From the NCBI GenBank assembly GCA_944384305.1, contig CALWSW010000003.1, positions 1 to 43,153 of the forward strand: 43,153 nucleotides of DNA, written 5' to 3'. The notes under the pieces were generated by a model. That model searched no databases. It worked only from the letters and a program-made list of their open reading frames with translations, and had not been told where the DNA came from. Position 1 is the stretch's first letter; each line of letters begins with the position of its first letter. Below, in pieces: positions 35,377 through 43,153 of the stretch. The stretch is from an uncultured Christensenellaceae bacterium (GTDB taxonomy: Bacteria > Bacillota > Clostridia > Christensenellales > CALWSW01). The translations under genes and the position numbers were made by a program.

Positions 35377-36261
35377 CTATTTATTTGACACTATAAAGTC
35401 ATTGCCAATCCATCGTTTTGCGCCTTTCAGCCTGCCCATGCTTTCCGCGCCCGAAGAGGCTAAAATTTCGTAGATCGTTCCCGGAGTATCGTACAAAGTT
35501 GATTTTTCAATAGGCTTGTTATAACACCTCAAATCTTTCACAAGAGTAAGGAATTTATCCTCATTCAAACGTGGGTCAGCAATGATCCTATGGATAAAAT
35601 CTAAGTTGCTTAAGGGAAGATAGGCTCCCTTTCCGTCCTCTGCTAACGTCAATGTGCTATCTGGATTAATTGTTTTCCAATGCATCGGCGCATAAATCAA
35701 AAAACGGATTTCGCGTTCGTGTTCAAAAGCTTTGCGCTTTATAAAGGGCGATACCATGTTTCTCGGATATCGCTGGGACTCCACGTCAAAAAAGCACTCT
35801 CCATCAGGAAGGTTCAATTGTTCATACCGAACAGGACCTATAAATCCGTCAGCGTATCTATTGTTGCGAAACGAGAAATCAATCGATTGAAACAGCTTCC
35901 TCGGCGTCGTTTCGATGACGAGCCCATCTTTGTCGGGCCCTGAATAAATCCGCCATAACGCGTCAGAATCTACCGTGTCTGTCCAGCACATGCCGAAAAG
36001 GTTGTTGTCATCGACTTCGTGACAAATTCTTGAGTCAAGATTCAATAATTCATTCTGCTTCTCTGGATTATCCTGCGGTGCCTGTAAGTAGCGAGACGGG
36101 TTTTCCCATGTGTCTTCCCATTCGATCACTCTGCGTAAGTATAGGGCCCGTCTACAAAAGAGATCTTCCAGATAATTTTGTTTGATGCAGTGATAAATCG
36201 GTTTGTCTACATCCAACTGCTCATGCACAAAAAAGCCACTGTGCATCATCTTAGCCAACAT
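35377..36261 (-). CDS. Low-GC moron, DUF2971-like protein
   Basis: MCWT..DSDALWRIYS..GLVIET, GPVRYE, FIKRKAFEHEREIRF; AT-rich relative to flanks; AAGGAGG SD. Confidence 0.72.
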   Translation of the reverse strand: MLAKMMHSGFFVHEQLDVDKPIYHCIKQNYLEDLFCRRALYLRRVIEWEDTWENPSRYLQAPQDNPEKQNELLNLDSRICHEVDDNNLFGMCWTDTVDSDALWRIYSGPDKDGLVIETTPRKLFQSIDFSFRNNRYADGFIGPVRYEQLNLPDGECFFDVESQRYPRNMVSPFIKRKAFEHEREIRFLIYAPMHWKTINPDSTLTLAEDGKGAYLPLSNLDFIHRIIADPRLNEDKFLTLVKDLRCYNKPIEKSTLYDTPGTIYEILASSGAESMGRLKGAKRWIGNDFIVSNK

Positions 36262-36361
36262 TAGTGCAAGTTCCTCCTTTTAGCTACTATACTATCACGG
36301 AACTTGCGACCCAGAAAGAAGTCATTTGGTGTAACATTTTCACACTGCCAACATACCACAG

Positions 36362-36775
36362 TCAAAGAGGAAATAGTTGGCACTCTTTTTCAAGCCGTCG
36401 CAGAGCTGCAGCATGAATGTTGCTGCAATGCCGTATCGAATAATGCAGCGTCCGCGCCACGCGCTTCCAGCTCATGCCATCGATGTACCGCGCCCGCAGC
36501 ACGGCTGCCTGCTGCTCCGGCAGCATAGTAAGCAACGCTTCCGCCGCGCGGGCTTCTTCCTCCGCGGCGGCGATCTCGGCCGCGAGCTCCGCTTCCAGGG
36601 CAAGGATCCTTTCGGCCGCGCCGGCCGTTGGGTCGCCGGACAGGCCCTTGCCTTGCGGTATCCCGGTCAGCGCCGGCGCCTTGGGCGCACCGCGCAGCAC
36701 ATCCAGCCGGGACCGAAGGCTCGACAGGCGCAGCAGCCGGTAGCGGTGGCGTTTCAGCAGTTCGATTGCGGTCAT
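36362..36775 (-). CDS. Late transcriptional activator (ArpU/RinA-like, sigma region-4 HTH)
   Basis: LPEQQAAVLRARYIDGMSWKRVARTLHYS..H..AL; position upstream of terminase. Confidence 0.8.
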   Translation of the reverse strand: MTAIELLKRHRYRLLRLSSLRSRLDVLRGAPKAPALTGIPQGKGLSGDPTAGAAERILALEAELAAEIAAAEEEARAAEALLTMLPEQQAAVLRARYIDGMSWKRVARTLHYSIRHCSNIHAAALRRLEKECQLFPL

Positions 36776-36786
36776 TCCACATCCTC

Positions 36787-37041
36787 CTAGCCCAGCCGCT
36801 CCCGCAGCCGGCTGATTTTTCGTTCTCTGAATGGATCCACCCCGCCGAAGATCAAGGTCAGCTGATCGAGCATGATCCCAACATCGGCGATCTCTTCCCG
36901 CACTGGGTCCGCTGAGCCTCCCCGCTCGCGGTAGTGCAGCAGCGCGGCGGTCAGCTCGGCCATTTCTTCAACGGCCTTGTCGATCTGCCGCTGCTCGCCA
37001 TAGGCCCGGATCGCATAAGCCAAGATTTCCCGATGTTTCAT
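36787..37041 (-). CDS. MazG-like nucleotide pyrophosphohydrolase domain protein
   Basis: YG..Q..KAVEEMAEL..EEIADV.IM..QL. Confidence 0.75.
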   Translation of the reverse strand: MKHREILAYAIRAYGEQRQIDKAVEEMAELTAALLHYRERGGSADPVREEIADVGIMLDQLTLIFGGVDPFRERKISRLRERLG

Positions 37042-37244
37042 TTTTCATCCTCCCTCCGGACTTGCACGTCAATGATCACCGGCCGGGGCAGCGGCGGCTT
37101 CTGCCGGCGGCGCGCATCGGCCATGAGGCGGTCGATCACCATGCCCATGCTCGCGCCCTGCTCCTCTGCCAGGCGGGCAAGGTGCCAGGCAGTCTGGGGC
37201 GATACCTTTACCGTCAGGGTGCGTTTTCCCTTGCGGCCGCTCAT
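37038..37244 (-). CDS. Ribbon-helix-helix-like small protein
   Basis: RTLTVKVSPQT..HL.RLA....SMG.VIDRL. Confidence 0.6.
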   Translation of the reverse strand: MSGRKGKRTLTVKVSPQTAWHLARLAEEQGASMGMVIDRLMADARRRQKPPLPRPVIIDVQVRREDEK

Positions 37245-37681
37245 GGTGCCCTCCGCAGGCCGTGCCGCGCCGCGTGCCGGGCAAGCCGGTGTTTGGCTTC
37301 TTCATAGGTCCGCTGCCATGGGAAGTAGGGGGCCATTTTCCAGCCCACTCCCCCGGGGATGTACCGCGCCGCCCGAAAGCAGCCGGTGGCCCGGCTCTGG
37401 ATCACTCGGTATTCCGCTTCTTCCGCTTCCACGCCTTTCCCGTAAAACGCTGTTTCGCCCACCGTTACCGGCTCCAGCGTGCCCAGCTTGTATTGGTTCA
37501 TTTCCCATTCCAGCAGCGTTGTTTCGTCGTCTTCTGCGCAGCCGCAGCGGCTGGCGTCGTTTTCACATTTTACCGGGGATCCGCAGGTCTCCCGCAGGTC
37601 GCAAAAGCAGCAGCACAGCCGCTGGCGTTGGCAAACGCGCTTGCGCGGGGCCCATTTTTTCAGCCGGCAAAGCCTGATCAT
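37241..37681 (-). CDS. Hypothetical phage protein, Cys-rich N-terminus
   Basis: ATGA-coupled to next gene; GGAGG SD. Confidence 0.5.
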   Translation of the reverse strand: MIRLCRLKKWAPRKRVCQRQRLCCCFCDLRETCGSPVKCENDASRCGCAEDDETTLLEWEMNQYKLGTLEPVTVGETAFYGKGVEAEEAEYRVIQSRATGCFRAARYIPGGVGWKMAPYFPWQRTYEEAKHRLARHAARHGLRRAP

Positions 37682-37682
37682 G

Positions 37683-38609
37683 TCATTCCTCCCAATCCTC
37701 TGTCAGTTCCGCGCCGAAGCGCTGGCTGGTGCCGCTCACGCCCCACCAGAACAGCCTGGCGCGCACGTACACCCCGCCCACGAAATCGGAGCGGTAGCAC
37801 TCGATCTCGCCGCTGACCCTGTAGCCGGGAAAGCTCGCTTCCAGCCGTTCCCGCGCTTCCTCGGGGTCTGCAAGCAGCTTTGCCGCGCGGCGGCGGGAAA
37901 GCCGGTGCGCGGGGTAGCGCACCACGGGTTCTTCCAGGTTGCGCGAGCGGCCCCAGCGGCGCAGGCGCTGGGGGTTGGCCTCCGGCAGGGTCTTCGTCAT
38001 GTAAACGCAGAGCCCGCTCAGGCCCTCGCCTTCTTTGGGCTGCAGGCGCCGGGTGTTTGCCCGGCCGTAAGCCCACAGCTGTTCGGCTTCGTCGCGGTCC
38101 ATGCCGCTCATCACAATGTGGATGTGCACCCGCTTCCGGCCGCGTTCAGAGAAGTCGCCGCCTTCGATCACATACAGGTACTTCAGGGGGCCCAGCCCTT
38201 CGCGCTTCCGCTCCCGCCGCACGACTTTTAAATATTTGGCCAGGGCCTTTTTGACCTCCTTGGTGGGCGGGCTGCCGCTGTAGTGGACGGGGTCGAAGGT
38301 CAGGGTGAGGCACAGGTCGCGTTCGTCGAAGTTCTGGTGCACCAGCTGCGTGATGTACTTCTTGGTGTTGCGGGCGTTCAGGCGGCGCTGCGCTTCGGGG
38401 GTGGCGGCGGCCTTGGCTTTGCGGCGGGCGGCCCGGTTCGACCACACAGGGAAGCACTCCGCGTCGATCATCAGGCCGGCCTCGGTAACTTTCACGGCGT
38501 AGTGGCTGACCTCCTTCGACTGCGCGTCCGTGGGCGCGCCGGGCTGCTCGAAGATGCCGCCCATGGCGGACAGGTAGGCCCGTTCCTGCCGGCGCTCCCG
38601 CTTGTTCAT
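37683..38609 (-). CDS. HUH-family rolling-circle Rep-like endonuclease
   Basis: Motif I LTLTF, KYLYVIE, HUH RVHIHIVM, catalytic-Tyr-like YMTK, RRWGRSRNL; ATG 38609. Confidence 0.78.
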   Translation of the reverse strand: MNKRERRQERAYLSAMGGIFEQPGAPTDAQSKEVSHYAVKVTEAGLMIDAECFPVWSNRAARRKAKAAATPEAQRRLNARNTKKYITQLVHQNFDERDLCLTLTFDPVHYSGSPPTKEVKKALAKYLKVVRRERKREGLGPLKYLYVIEGGDFSERGRKRVHIHIVMSGMDRDEAEQLWAYGRANTRRLQPKEGEGLSGLCVYMTKTLPEANPQRLRRWGRSRNLEEPVVRYPAHRLSRRRAAKLLADPEEARERLEASFPGYRVSGEIECYRSDFVGGVYVRARLFWWGVSGTSQRFGAELTEDWEE

Positions 38610-38694
38610 TCCCACACCTCTCTTTGGTCGAATTGGTAATACCATTTACAAGGCCGCAACCGCCCATGGTCGGGCGGTTTTGCAGCCGGTGGGT

Positions 38695-38904
38695 TCATGC
38701 GTTTTTTTCTTCTGCCGCCGCGCGCAGCGCGTGGCTCCATTCTCCTGCCCGGTGGGTCTCGAAGATCAGGTCGCGGGCCTGGGCCGGCGTCATCCCCAGG
38801 CGGGCGGCGATGCCCGGCAGGCACTCGTTGCGGACCATCCCGCGGGCGAGCTGCCGCACAAGCTCTTCCCGGGCGATCGCAGCGGCGTTGGGCTTCCGCT
38901 TCAT
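38695..38904 (-). CDS. Hypothetical protein
   Basis: MKRKPNAAA..., 69 aa, ATGA-coupled. Confidence 0.5.
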   Translation of the reverse strand: MKRKPNAAAIAREELVRQLARGMVRNECLPGIAARLGMTPAQARDLIFETHRAGEWSHALRAAAEEKNA

Positions 38905-39185
38905 TCCGCGCCGCCTTTTGCGCTGATCAGCCCGTCGAGCTCCAGCCAGCCGGCAAACAACGCCGCGTGGCGGGCGGTGTGCGCGTCCAGGGCACGGAGT
39001 TCTGTTTCTATCCCGCGCCGTATGGCGTGGAGCTCGTCCAAACTCAGATCCCGCCATTCGGGCCGGGCCGCGCGGCATACGCAGCACCGGCAGCGGTAGC
39101 CTTCCGGCGGCGGGGCAAAATAAGTCTGCTTGTCCACCGCCCAGTCACGTCCGCAGACGGTGCAGCGCAAGGTGTATTTTGTCAT
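38901..39185 (-). CDS. Hypothetical Zn-ribbon protein
   Basis: CTVC..CRCC/CVC; ATGA-coupled chain. Confidence 0.55.
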   Translation of the reverse strand: MTKYTLRCTVCGRDWAVDKQTYFAPPPEGYRCRCCVCRAARPEWRDLSLDELHAIRRGIETELRALDAHTARHAALFAGWLELDGLISAKGGAE

Positions 39186-39574
39186 TCTTTAACACCTTCG
39201 CCCAGCCATTCGGCTTTGATGCGCTTTGCCGCGCCAGGCAACAAGCCGATCAGCTCGTCTCCCAGGCCTGCCATGATCACCGCTGGGCCAACAATGGGCC
39301 CAACCCCGAAGGCGGCTATGAGGCTTGCAATTCCGTTGTGCGGCAGACCGAGCAGCCGGCCCTCCTCATTGACGATCATGACGACGCGGGCTCCGTCTTC
39401 CCGGGCCCATCCATCCGACAGCATGGTGGGTACTGTCTCGATCGGACCGCCTACCAGCTTCTGCAGCTCTCCAAGCGCCAGCGTCCCAGTTTTTGGGTCG
39501 CAATTGATCAGCCCTGCGCCTGCGTCGGGGTCGATTACGATCACTTGCCTCTTCATTGTCATTGTCATTGTCAT
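39182..39574 (-). CDS. DUF3846-like protein
   Basis: LGELQKLVGGPIETV, MIVNEEGRLLGLPHN, IVGPAVI. Confidence 0.75.
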   Translation of the reverse strand: MTMTMTMKRQVIVIDPDAGAGLINCDPKTGTLALGELQKLVGGPIETVPTMLSDGWAREDGARVVMIVNEEGRLLGLPHNGIASLIAAFGVGPIVGPAVIMAGLGDELIGLLPGAAKRIKAEWLGEGVKE

Positions 39575-39867
39575 TTCCCCTCCTTGTTGAGCGGACACCA
39601 CGGCGGCGTTCTCCCCGACCAGTCTGCCGGATTGCCAATCTTTCGTGCGTTTGGCGTCGCCATGCAGTAGGGCGCGAAGGGCTGCAGCTCGCGTCCAGGC
39701 GCCGAAGGAGATGCGACACGAATCATTGTGTCCTCGCACTTGATCCACCCGCCCAGGTGATCGCCCTGCCGTGCCTTGTAGTAAGCCGGACAAGCAGGCT
39801 CTGTCCGGACAAGATCGCCGCCGTGGCGCTCGAATTTACCATTACATCTGCGTCTCATTTGTTCCAT
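39571..39867 (-). CDS. Hypothetical Cys-containing phage protein
   Basis: MEQMRRRC..CPAY..YC..TPPWCPL; GGAAGG SD. Confidence 0.55.
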   Translation of the reverse strand: MEQMRRRCNGKFERHGGDLVRTEPACPAYYKARQGDHLGGWIKCEDTMIRVASPSAPGRELQPFAPYCMATPNARKIGNPADWSGRTPPWCPLNKEGK

Positions 39868-39986
39868 CCTTCCCTCTTGCGTCGCCAGCGTCGGCAGAGC
39901 CACAAGCCTGCCGTTACCCCCGCCGCAAATCCTACGGCCAACAGTCCCAGGATCCACAGCAGGATGCCCATTGCCTGCGTGGTCAT
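39855..39986 (-). CDS. Small single-TM protein (43 aa)
   Basis: Manual translation MTTQAMGILLWILGLLAVGFAAGVTAGLWLCRRWRRKREGWNK; GGAGGAG SD; below ORF-track cutoff. Confidence 0.55.
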   Translation of the reverse strand: MTTQAMGILLWILGLLAVGFAAGVTAGLWLCRRWRRKREGWNK

Positions 39987-40129
39987 TTGCCGTTCTCCTC
40001 CTTCGTTTTTTCCTTTTCGCGTTCACGCGCCAGCCACCGCCGAATCATGCCCAGGGTTTCCGCAGCGAGAACGTCCCGCACGTGGGCGGGGATCTGCGTG
40101 ACGTCGATATATATTTGATGTTCGTTCAT
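39983..40129 (-). CDS. Small early protein (48 aa)
   Basis: Manual translation MNEHQIYIDVTQIPAHVRDVLAAETL...; AAGGAG SD; ATGA-coupled to next gene. Confidence 0.55.
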   Translation of the reverse strand: MNEHQIYIDVTQIPAHVRDVLAAETLGMIRRWLAREREKEKTKEENGK

Positions 40130-40167
40130 AAGTTGCTCCTTTCTTTTAGTCCGAAAGCTCTTAACGG

Positions 40168-40188
40168 TAGTAGATTTTAAATCTACTA
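40168..40188. promoter_or_regulatory. Perfect palindromic operator candidate downstream of cro
   Basis: TAGTAGATTT-T-AAATCTACTA. Confidence 0.7.
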
Positions 40189-40189
40189 G

Positions 40190-40393
40190 TCACGCAAAAA
40201 AAATGGCTTCTCTTTCTTCTACCGATAAGTCAAGGATTTCGGACAGCTTCATAATCTCACTTGCTTTAAACTCACTGTCATTTTCGATTTTTTTTCGTAG
40301 GCCATATGAAGAAAGTCCCATTTGCGCAGCAACATATTTATTTTTAAGCCCTCGATTGTTTATTGCTGCTCGCAACGCTTGAGTATCTGTCAT
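40190..40393 (-). CDS. Cro-like HTH protein (DUF739-like)
   Basis: 67 aa, GLK..YVAAQMGLS..L.KKI..EFKASEI..LS.IL..IFF; divergent from cI. Confidence 0.88.
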   Translation of the reverse strand: MTDTQALRAAINNRGLKNKYVAAQMGLSSYGLRKKIENDSEFKASEIMKLSEILDLSVEEREAIFFA

Positions 40394-40409
40394 CCTTTTT
40401 CCTCCCTTC

Positions 40410-40518
40410 GTATATTTAAAATCTACAACACAAGCATACCATTTAGTGTATTTAAAGTCAACACTTTTTGATTATTTCTCCAACTTTAGTTGATTTTCAA
40501 TTTACGCTATGTTATATT
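40410..40518. promoter_or_regulatory. Genetic switch: divergent promoters and three operator copies
   Basis: Minus: TTGACT(40461-40456)-17-TATGCT with TGn. Plus: TTGATT(40490-40495)-17-TATATT with TGn. Operator-like 17-mers at 40410, 40446, 40489. Confidence 0.72.
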
Positions 40519-40538
40519 TCAAAAAGGAGGAAGTTACA

Positions 40539-41174
40539 ATGTCCGAAATCAGTCAACGAATTCGATCCCGCCGAGAAGAGCTCGGTCTTTCACAGGAAGA
40601 ATTGGCAAAGAGAATGGGATATAAGTCTCGCTCTTCCATTAACAAAATAGAACTTGGTGAAAACGATATCCCTCAATCTAAAATTGAAGCTTTTGCCAAG
40701 GCTTTGAGCACAACTCCTGCTTATTTAATGGGGTGGATTAATGACCCATCTATAAGGAAAATCTCAGAAATCTTTCCTTATCACCCCACACACCGAATTC
40801 CCATTCTGGGCCGTATTTCAGCCGGTAAGCCGCTTTTTGCCGAAGAAAACATTGAAGGTTACACCTATACCGAGCTCAATAGCGGGGGCACCTATTACGC
40901 TCTACGTGTCGCCGGTGACAGCATGAACGCTGCCCGCATCAACGAGGGCGATCTACTCATCGTTCGACAGCAGGATGAAGTAGAAAATGGCCAAATTGCC
41001 ATCGTTATGGTAAATGGCAATGATGCCACTGTCAAAAAATACTACCGCAATGGAGATACAGTCACCTTACTGCCTCAAAGTCTCAATCCTGAGCACCAGA
41101 TGCAAGTTTATGACTTGCGAAAATCTCAGATAAAGATATTGGGATTAGTGGTTCAAAACGTAATTAAACTGTAA
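40539..41174 (+). CDS. CI/LexA-like repressor (HTH_3 + S24 peptidase)
   Basis: RIRSRREELGLSQEELAKRMG HTH; ISAG cleavage site, GDSM and ATVKK catalytic motifs; ATG 40539 after AAGGAGG. Confidence 0.95.
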   Translation: MSEISQRIRSRREELGLSQEELAKRMGYKSRSSINKIELGENDIPQSKIEAFAKALSTTPAYLMGWINDPSIRKISEIFPYHPTHRIPILGRISAGKPLFAEENIEGYTYTELNSGGTYYALRVAGDSMNAARINEGDLLIVRQQDEVENGQIAIVMVNGNDATVKKYYRNGDTVTLLPQSLNPEHQMQVYDLRKSQIKILGLVVQNVIKL

Positions 41175-41219
41175 ATTTAATAAATAGCCGGTAGTGTCCG
41201 GCGTAGAGGAGGTAACACA

Positions 41220-41429
41220 ATGGGGTGGAAGATCGGAGGAGGGATCTGCAGCGTAATGACTGTAGCCGGAATTATTGTTGCAGCAACAACAGAACCGGAA
41301 TATGCGACTCCTGCCCAATGGGTCGTTGCCGCTTTGTTCGCAGCGCTTGCGGTATATTTTTTCTGGAAGGGCAGCAAAAAGAAGAAAGGTGTTTCCCATT
41401 CCAGTGAAACCCCGGAGCACACTTCATGA
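41220..41429 (+). CDS. Small two-TM membrane protein in immunity region
   Basis: GGAGGT SD; two hydrophobic segments, basic tail; ATGA overlap with next gene. Confidence 0.65.
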   Translation: MGWKIGGGICSVMTVAGIIVAATTEPEYATPAQWVVAALFAALAVYFFWKGSKKKKGVSHSSETPEHTS

Positions 41430-42832
41430 ACGCCCAGGATGTTTCTGCCGGATTAAATCGGAAGTCTGGCGGTGGAATCGGAAATCTTTTTAAGTCGCGC
41501 GAAAACCAGCAGCTAAAACATCAAATTGCCGCTCTCGAGGCACAATTGACGCCCGAAATGCGGGATACTTTGACGGCGCAAAAGCGGCTTGCCGAAGCCA
41601 AGCAGGAAGTGTCTCTTTGTGAATCGAAACTGGCTGGTCTCAAATCTGATCTGACGGCCCTGCAAAACGAAATCAGCGCTGCAAAGAAAAACCTTGTGGA
41701 AACGAATGACGCCATACTGATGCAGGAGTTTGGCCTGTACGAGCCCAAATATTCTTTTGCCAATTCTGACTTATATAAAAACGCTCTGCAAGAGGTGCGC
41801 GCAAAGCAGAAGGAAATGATTCGAAGCAAGACTGCCGCGACTGGTTCCACTACCTGGAGAGTCAACAACAACCTTGCCAAAGGCCGGAAAATGGTTGCCG
41901 ACATGCAGAAATTGCTTGTTCGCGCCTTTAATACCGAATGCGACGAAATCATCGATAAGATCAAGTTCAACAATGTTGATTCAGGAATTCAAAGAATCAA
42001 TGCGTCTCGCGATGCTATTTCCAAACTGGGAAGCATGATGGACGTTTCCATCACTCCGGGCTATTTGCAGCTCAAGCTTGATGAACTTCATCTTGCCTAT
42101 GAATATCAGCAAAAGAAGCAGGAAGAGAAGGAGGAACAGCGCAGGTTACGTGAAGAACTCCGTGAACAGGCAAAGCTCAAAAAAGAAATTGAAGAAGCCC
42201 GGCAGAAAATCGCCAAAGACAAGCAGCATTATGAAATTGCCCTAAAGCAGGCGCGAGAGCGTCTTAATGCCGAGAAAGATGATGTGAAGAGGGCAGACCT
42301 TGAAGATAAAATGGCATTGTTCCAAGAGCAGCTGGAAAAGCTTGGAAAAGAACTTGAAGAAGTTGACTATAGAGAAGCAAACCAAAAAGCGGGCTATGTG
42401 TATGTGATATCCAACATAGGGGCTTTTGGAGAAAACGTGTATAAAATTGGAATGACCCGACGGCTGGAACCCATGGACCGCATCGACGAGCTCGGGGATG
42501 CTTCGGTTCCTTTTAAATTTGATGTTCACGCTATGATTTTTGCTGAGGATGCACCCAAACTGGAAGCCGCGCTTCACCATGCTTTTGAGGCCCAGAGGCT
42601 CAATATGGTAAACAACCGGCGAGAATTCTTCCGGGTGCCCTTGGATGAGATTAAGCGAGTTGTGCGAGAAAATTTTGATAACACTGTAGAATTTGTGGAC
42701 ATTCCGGACGCAGAACAATACCGGCAGTCGTTGCTGTTAAAAAAGCAAGAGGCATCCTCCGGTGCTTGCCGCGCTCACGATTTCGTGAACACAGAGGCCC
42801 AAATTGGATGGAAAAAGGAGCTTGGTTTATGA
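41426..42832 (+). CDS. DUF4041 + T5orf172/MUG113 (GIY-YIG-like) domain protein
   Basis: QEFGLYEP, RAFNTECD, coiled coil, AGYVYVISNIGAFG..YKIGMTRRLEP.DRI.ELGDASVPF.FDVH, RREFF. Confidence 0.88.
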   Translation: MNAQDVSAGLNRKSGGGIGNLFKSRENQQLKHQIAALEAQLTPEMRDTLTAQKRLAEAKQEVSLCESKLAGLKSDLTALQNEISAAKKNLVETNDAILMQEFGLYEPKYSFANSDLYKNALQEVRAKQKEMIRSKTAATGSTTWRVNNNLAKGRKMVADMQKLLVRAFNTECDEIIDKIKFNNVDSGIQRINASRDAISKLGSMMDVSITPGYLQLKLDELHLAYEYQQKKQEEKEEQRRLREELREQAKLKKEIEEARQKIAKDKQHYEIALKQARERLNAEKDDVKRADLEDKMALFQEQLEKLGKELEEVDYREANQKAGYVYVISNIGAFGENVYKIGMTRRLEPMDRIDELGDASVPFKFDVHAMIFAEDAPKLEAALHHAFEAQRLNMVNNRREFFRVPLDEIKRVVRENFDNTVEFVDIPDAEQYRQSLLLKKQEASSGACRAHDFVNTEAQIGWKKELGL

Positions 42833-43153
42833 ACGATCTTGTAAAGTATAGCGAGAAGACGTTTGAAGATATCAAACATATCAATGAATATGGCGAGGAA
42901 TTCTGGTATGCCAGAGAACTACAGCTTGCATTGGAATATTCTGAGTGGCGCAATTTTAATAACGCCATTGAGAAAGCCAAAACTGCATGTGAGACCAGTG
43001 GATTTGATGTGCAAGACCATTTTGTTGATGTCAACAAAATGGTTGAAATCGGCTCTGGCGCAGAGCGCAAAATCGATGACATCATGCTTTCCCGTTATGC
43101 ATGCTATCTGATCGTGATGAACGGTGATCCTAAGAAGGAAGTTATTGCCATAG
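42829..43153 (+). CDS. dinD: DNA damage-inducible protein D-like (Bro-N), partial
   Basis: Manual translation MNDLVKYSEKTFEDIKH..EFWYAREL..LEYSEWRNF..AIEKAK..DHF..LSRYACYLIVMNGDPKKEVIA; runs off window. Confidence 0.85.
   Translation, partial: MNDLVKYSEKTFEDIKHINEYGEEFWYARELQLALEYSEWRNFNNAIEKAKTACETSGFDVQDHFVDVNKMVEIGSGAERKIDDIMLSRYACYLIVMNGDPKKEVIAI

Larger units (their letters stand above)
9276..43153 (-). mobile_element. Prophage (contractile-tailed, PBSX/Xkd-like tail, SPP1-like head), extending beyond window end
   Basis: Ordered lysis-tail-head-terminase-early-cro/cI modules begin right after tRNA-Ala. Left boundary approximate; integrase and attR not in window. Confidence 0.95.

Overview
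GC-rich Firmicutes (Clostridia-like) chromosome segment. Bases 1-9275 are housekeeping genes: 5' part of mfd, pth, an N-terminal-only GlmU-like enzyme, purR, murC, an S4 RNA-binding protein, fused ispDF, a membrane-anchored hypothetical, radA and tRNA-Ala(CGC). Directly after the tRNA a prophage runs to the end of the window. It has an SPP1-type portal/head, a PBSX/Xkd-like contractile tail and a cI/cro switch; no integrase lies inside the window. The most striking feature sits between the tail-fibre and lysis genes, in the same late gene run: a radical SAM/SPASM maturase cassette with a 25-cysteine CXXX-repeat target protein and two accessory ORFs. It is followed by a subtilase(S8)-SH3-peptidoglycan-binding-M15 endolysin fusion with a likely internal translation start. 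Other notable points: an HK97-gp10-like neck gene relocated beyond the holins, a MuF minor capsid protein with a toxin-like C-terminus and a small partner, a HUH Rep-like protein as the only replication candidate, a -1 frameshift in the tail chaperone, and a readable 17-bp operator set. All family assignments come from motif recognition by eye; no searches were run.
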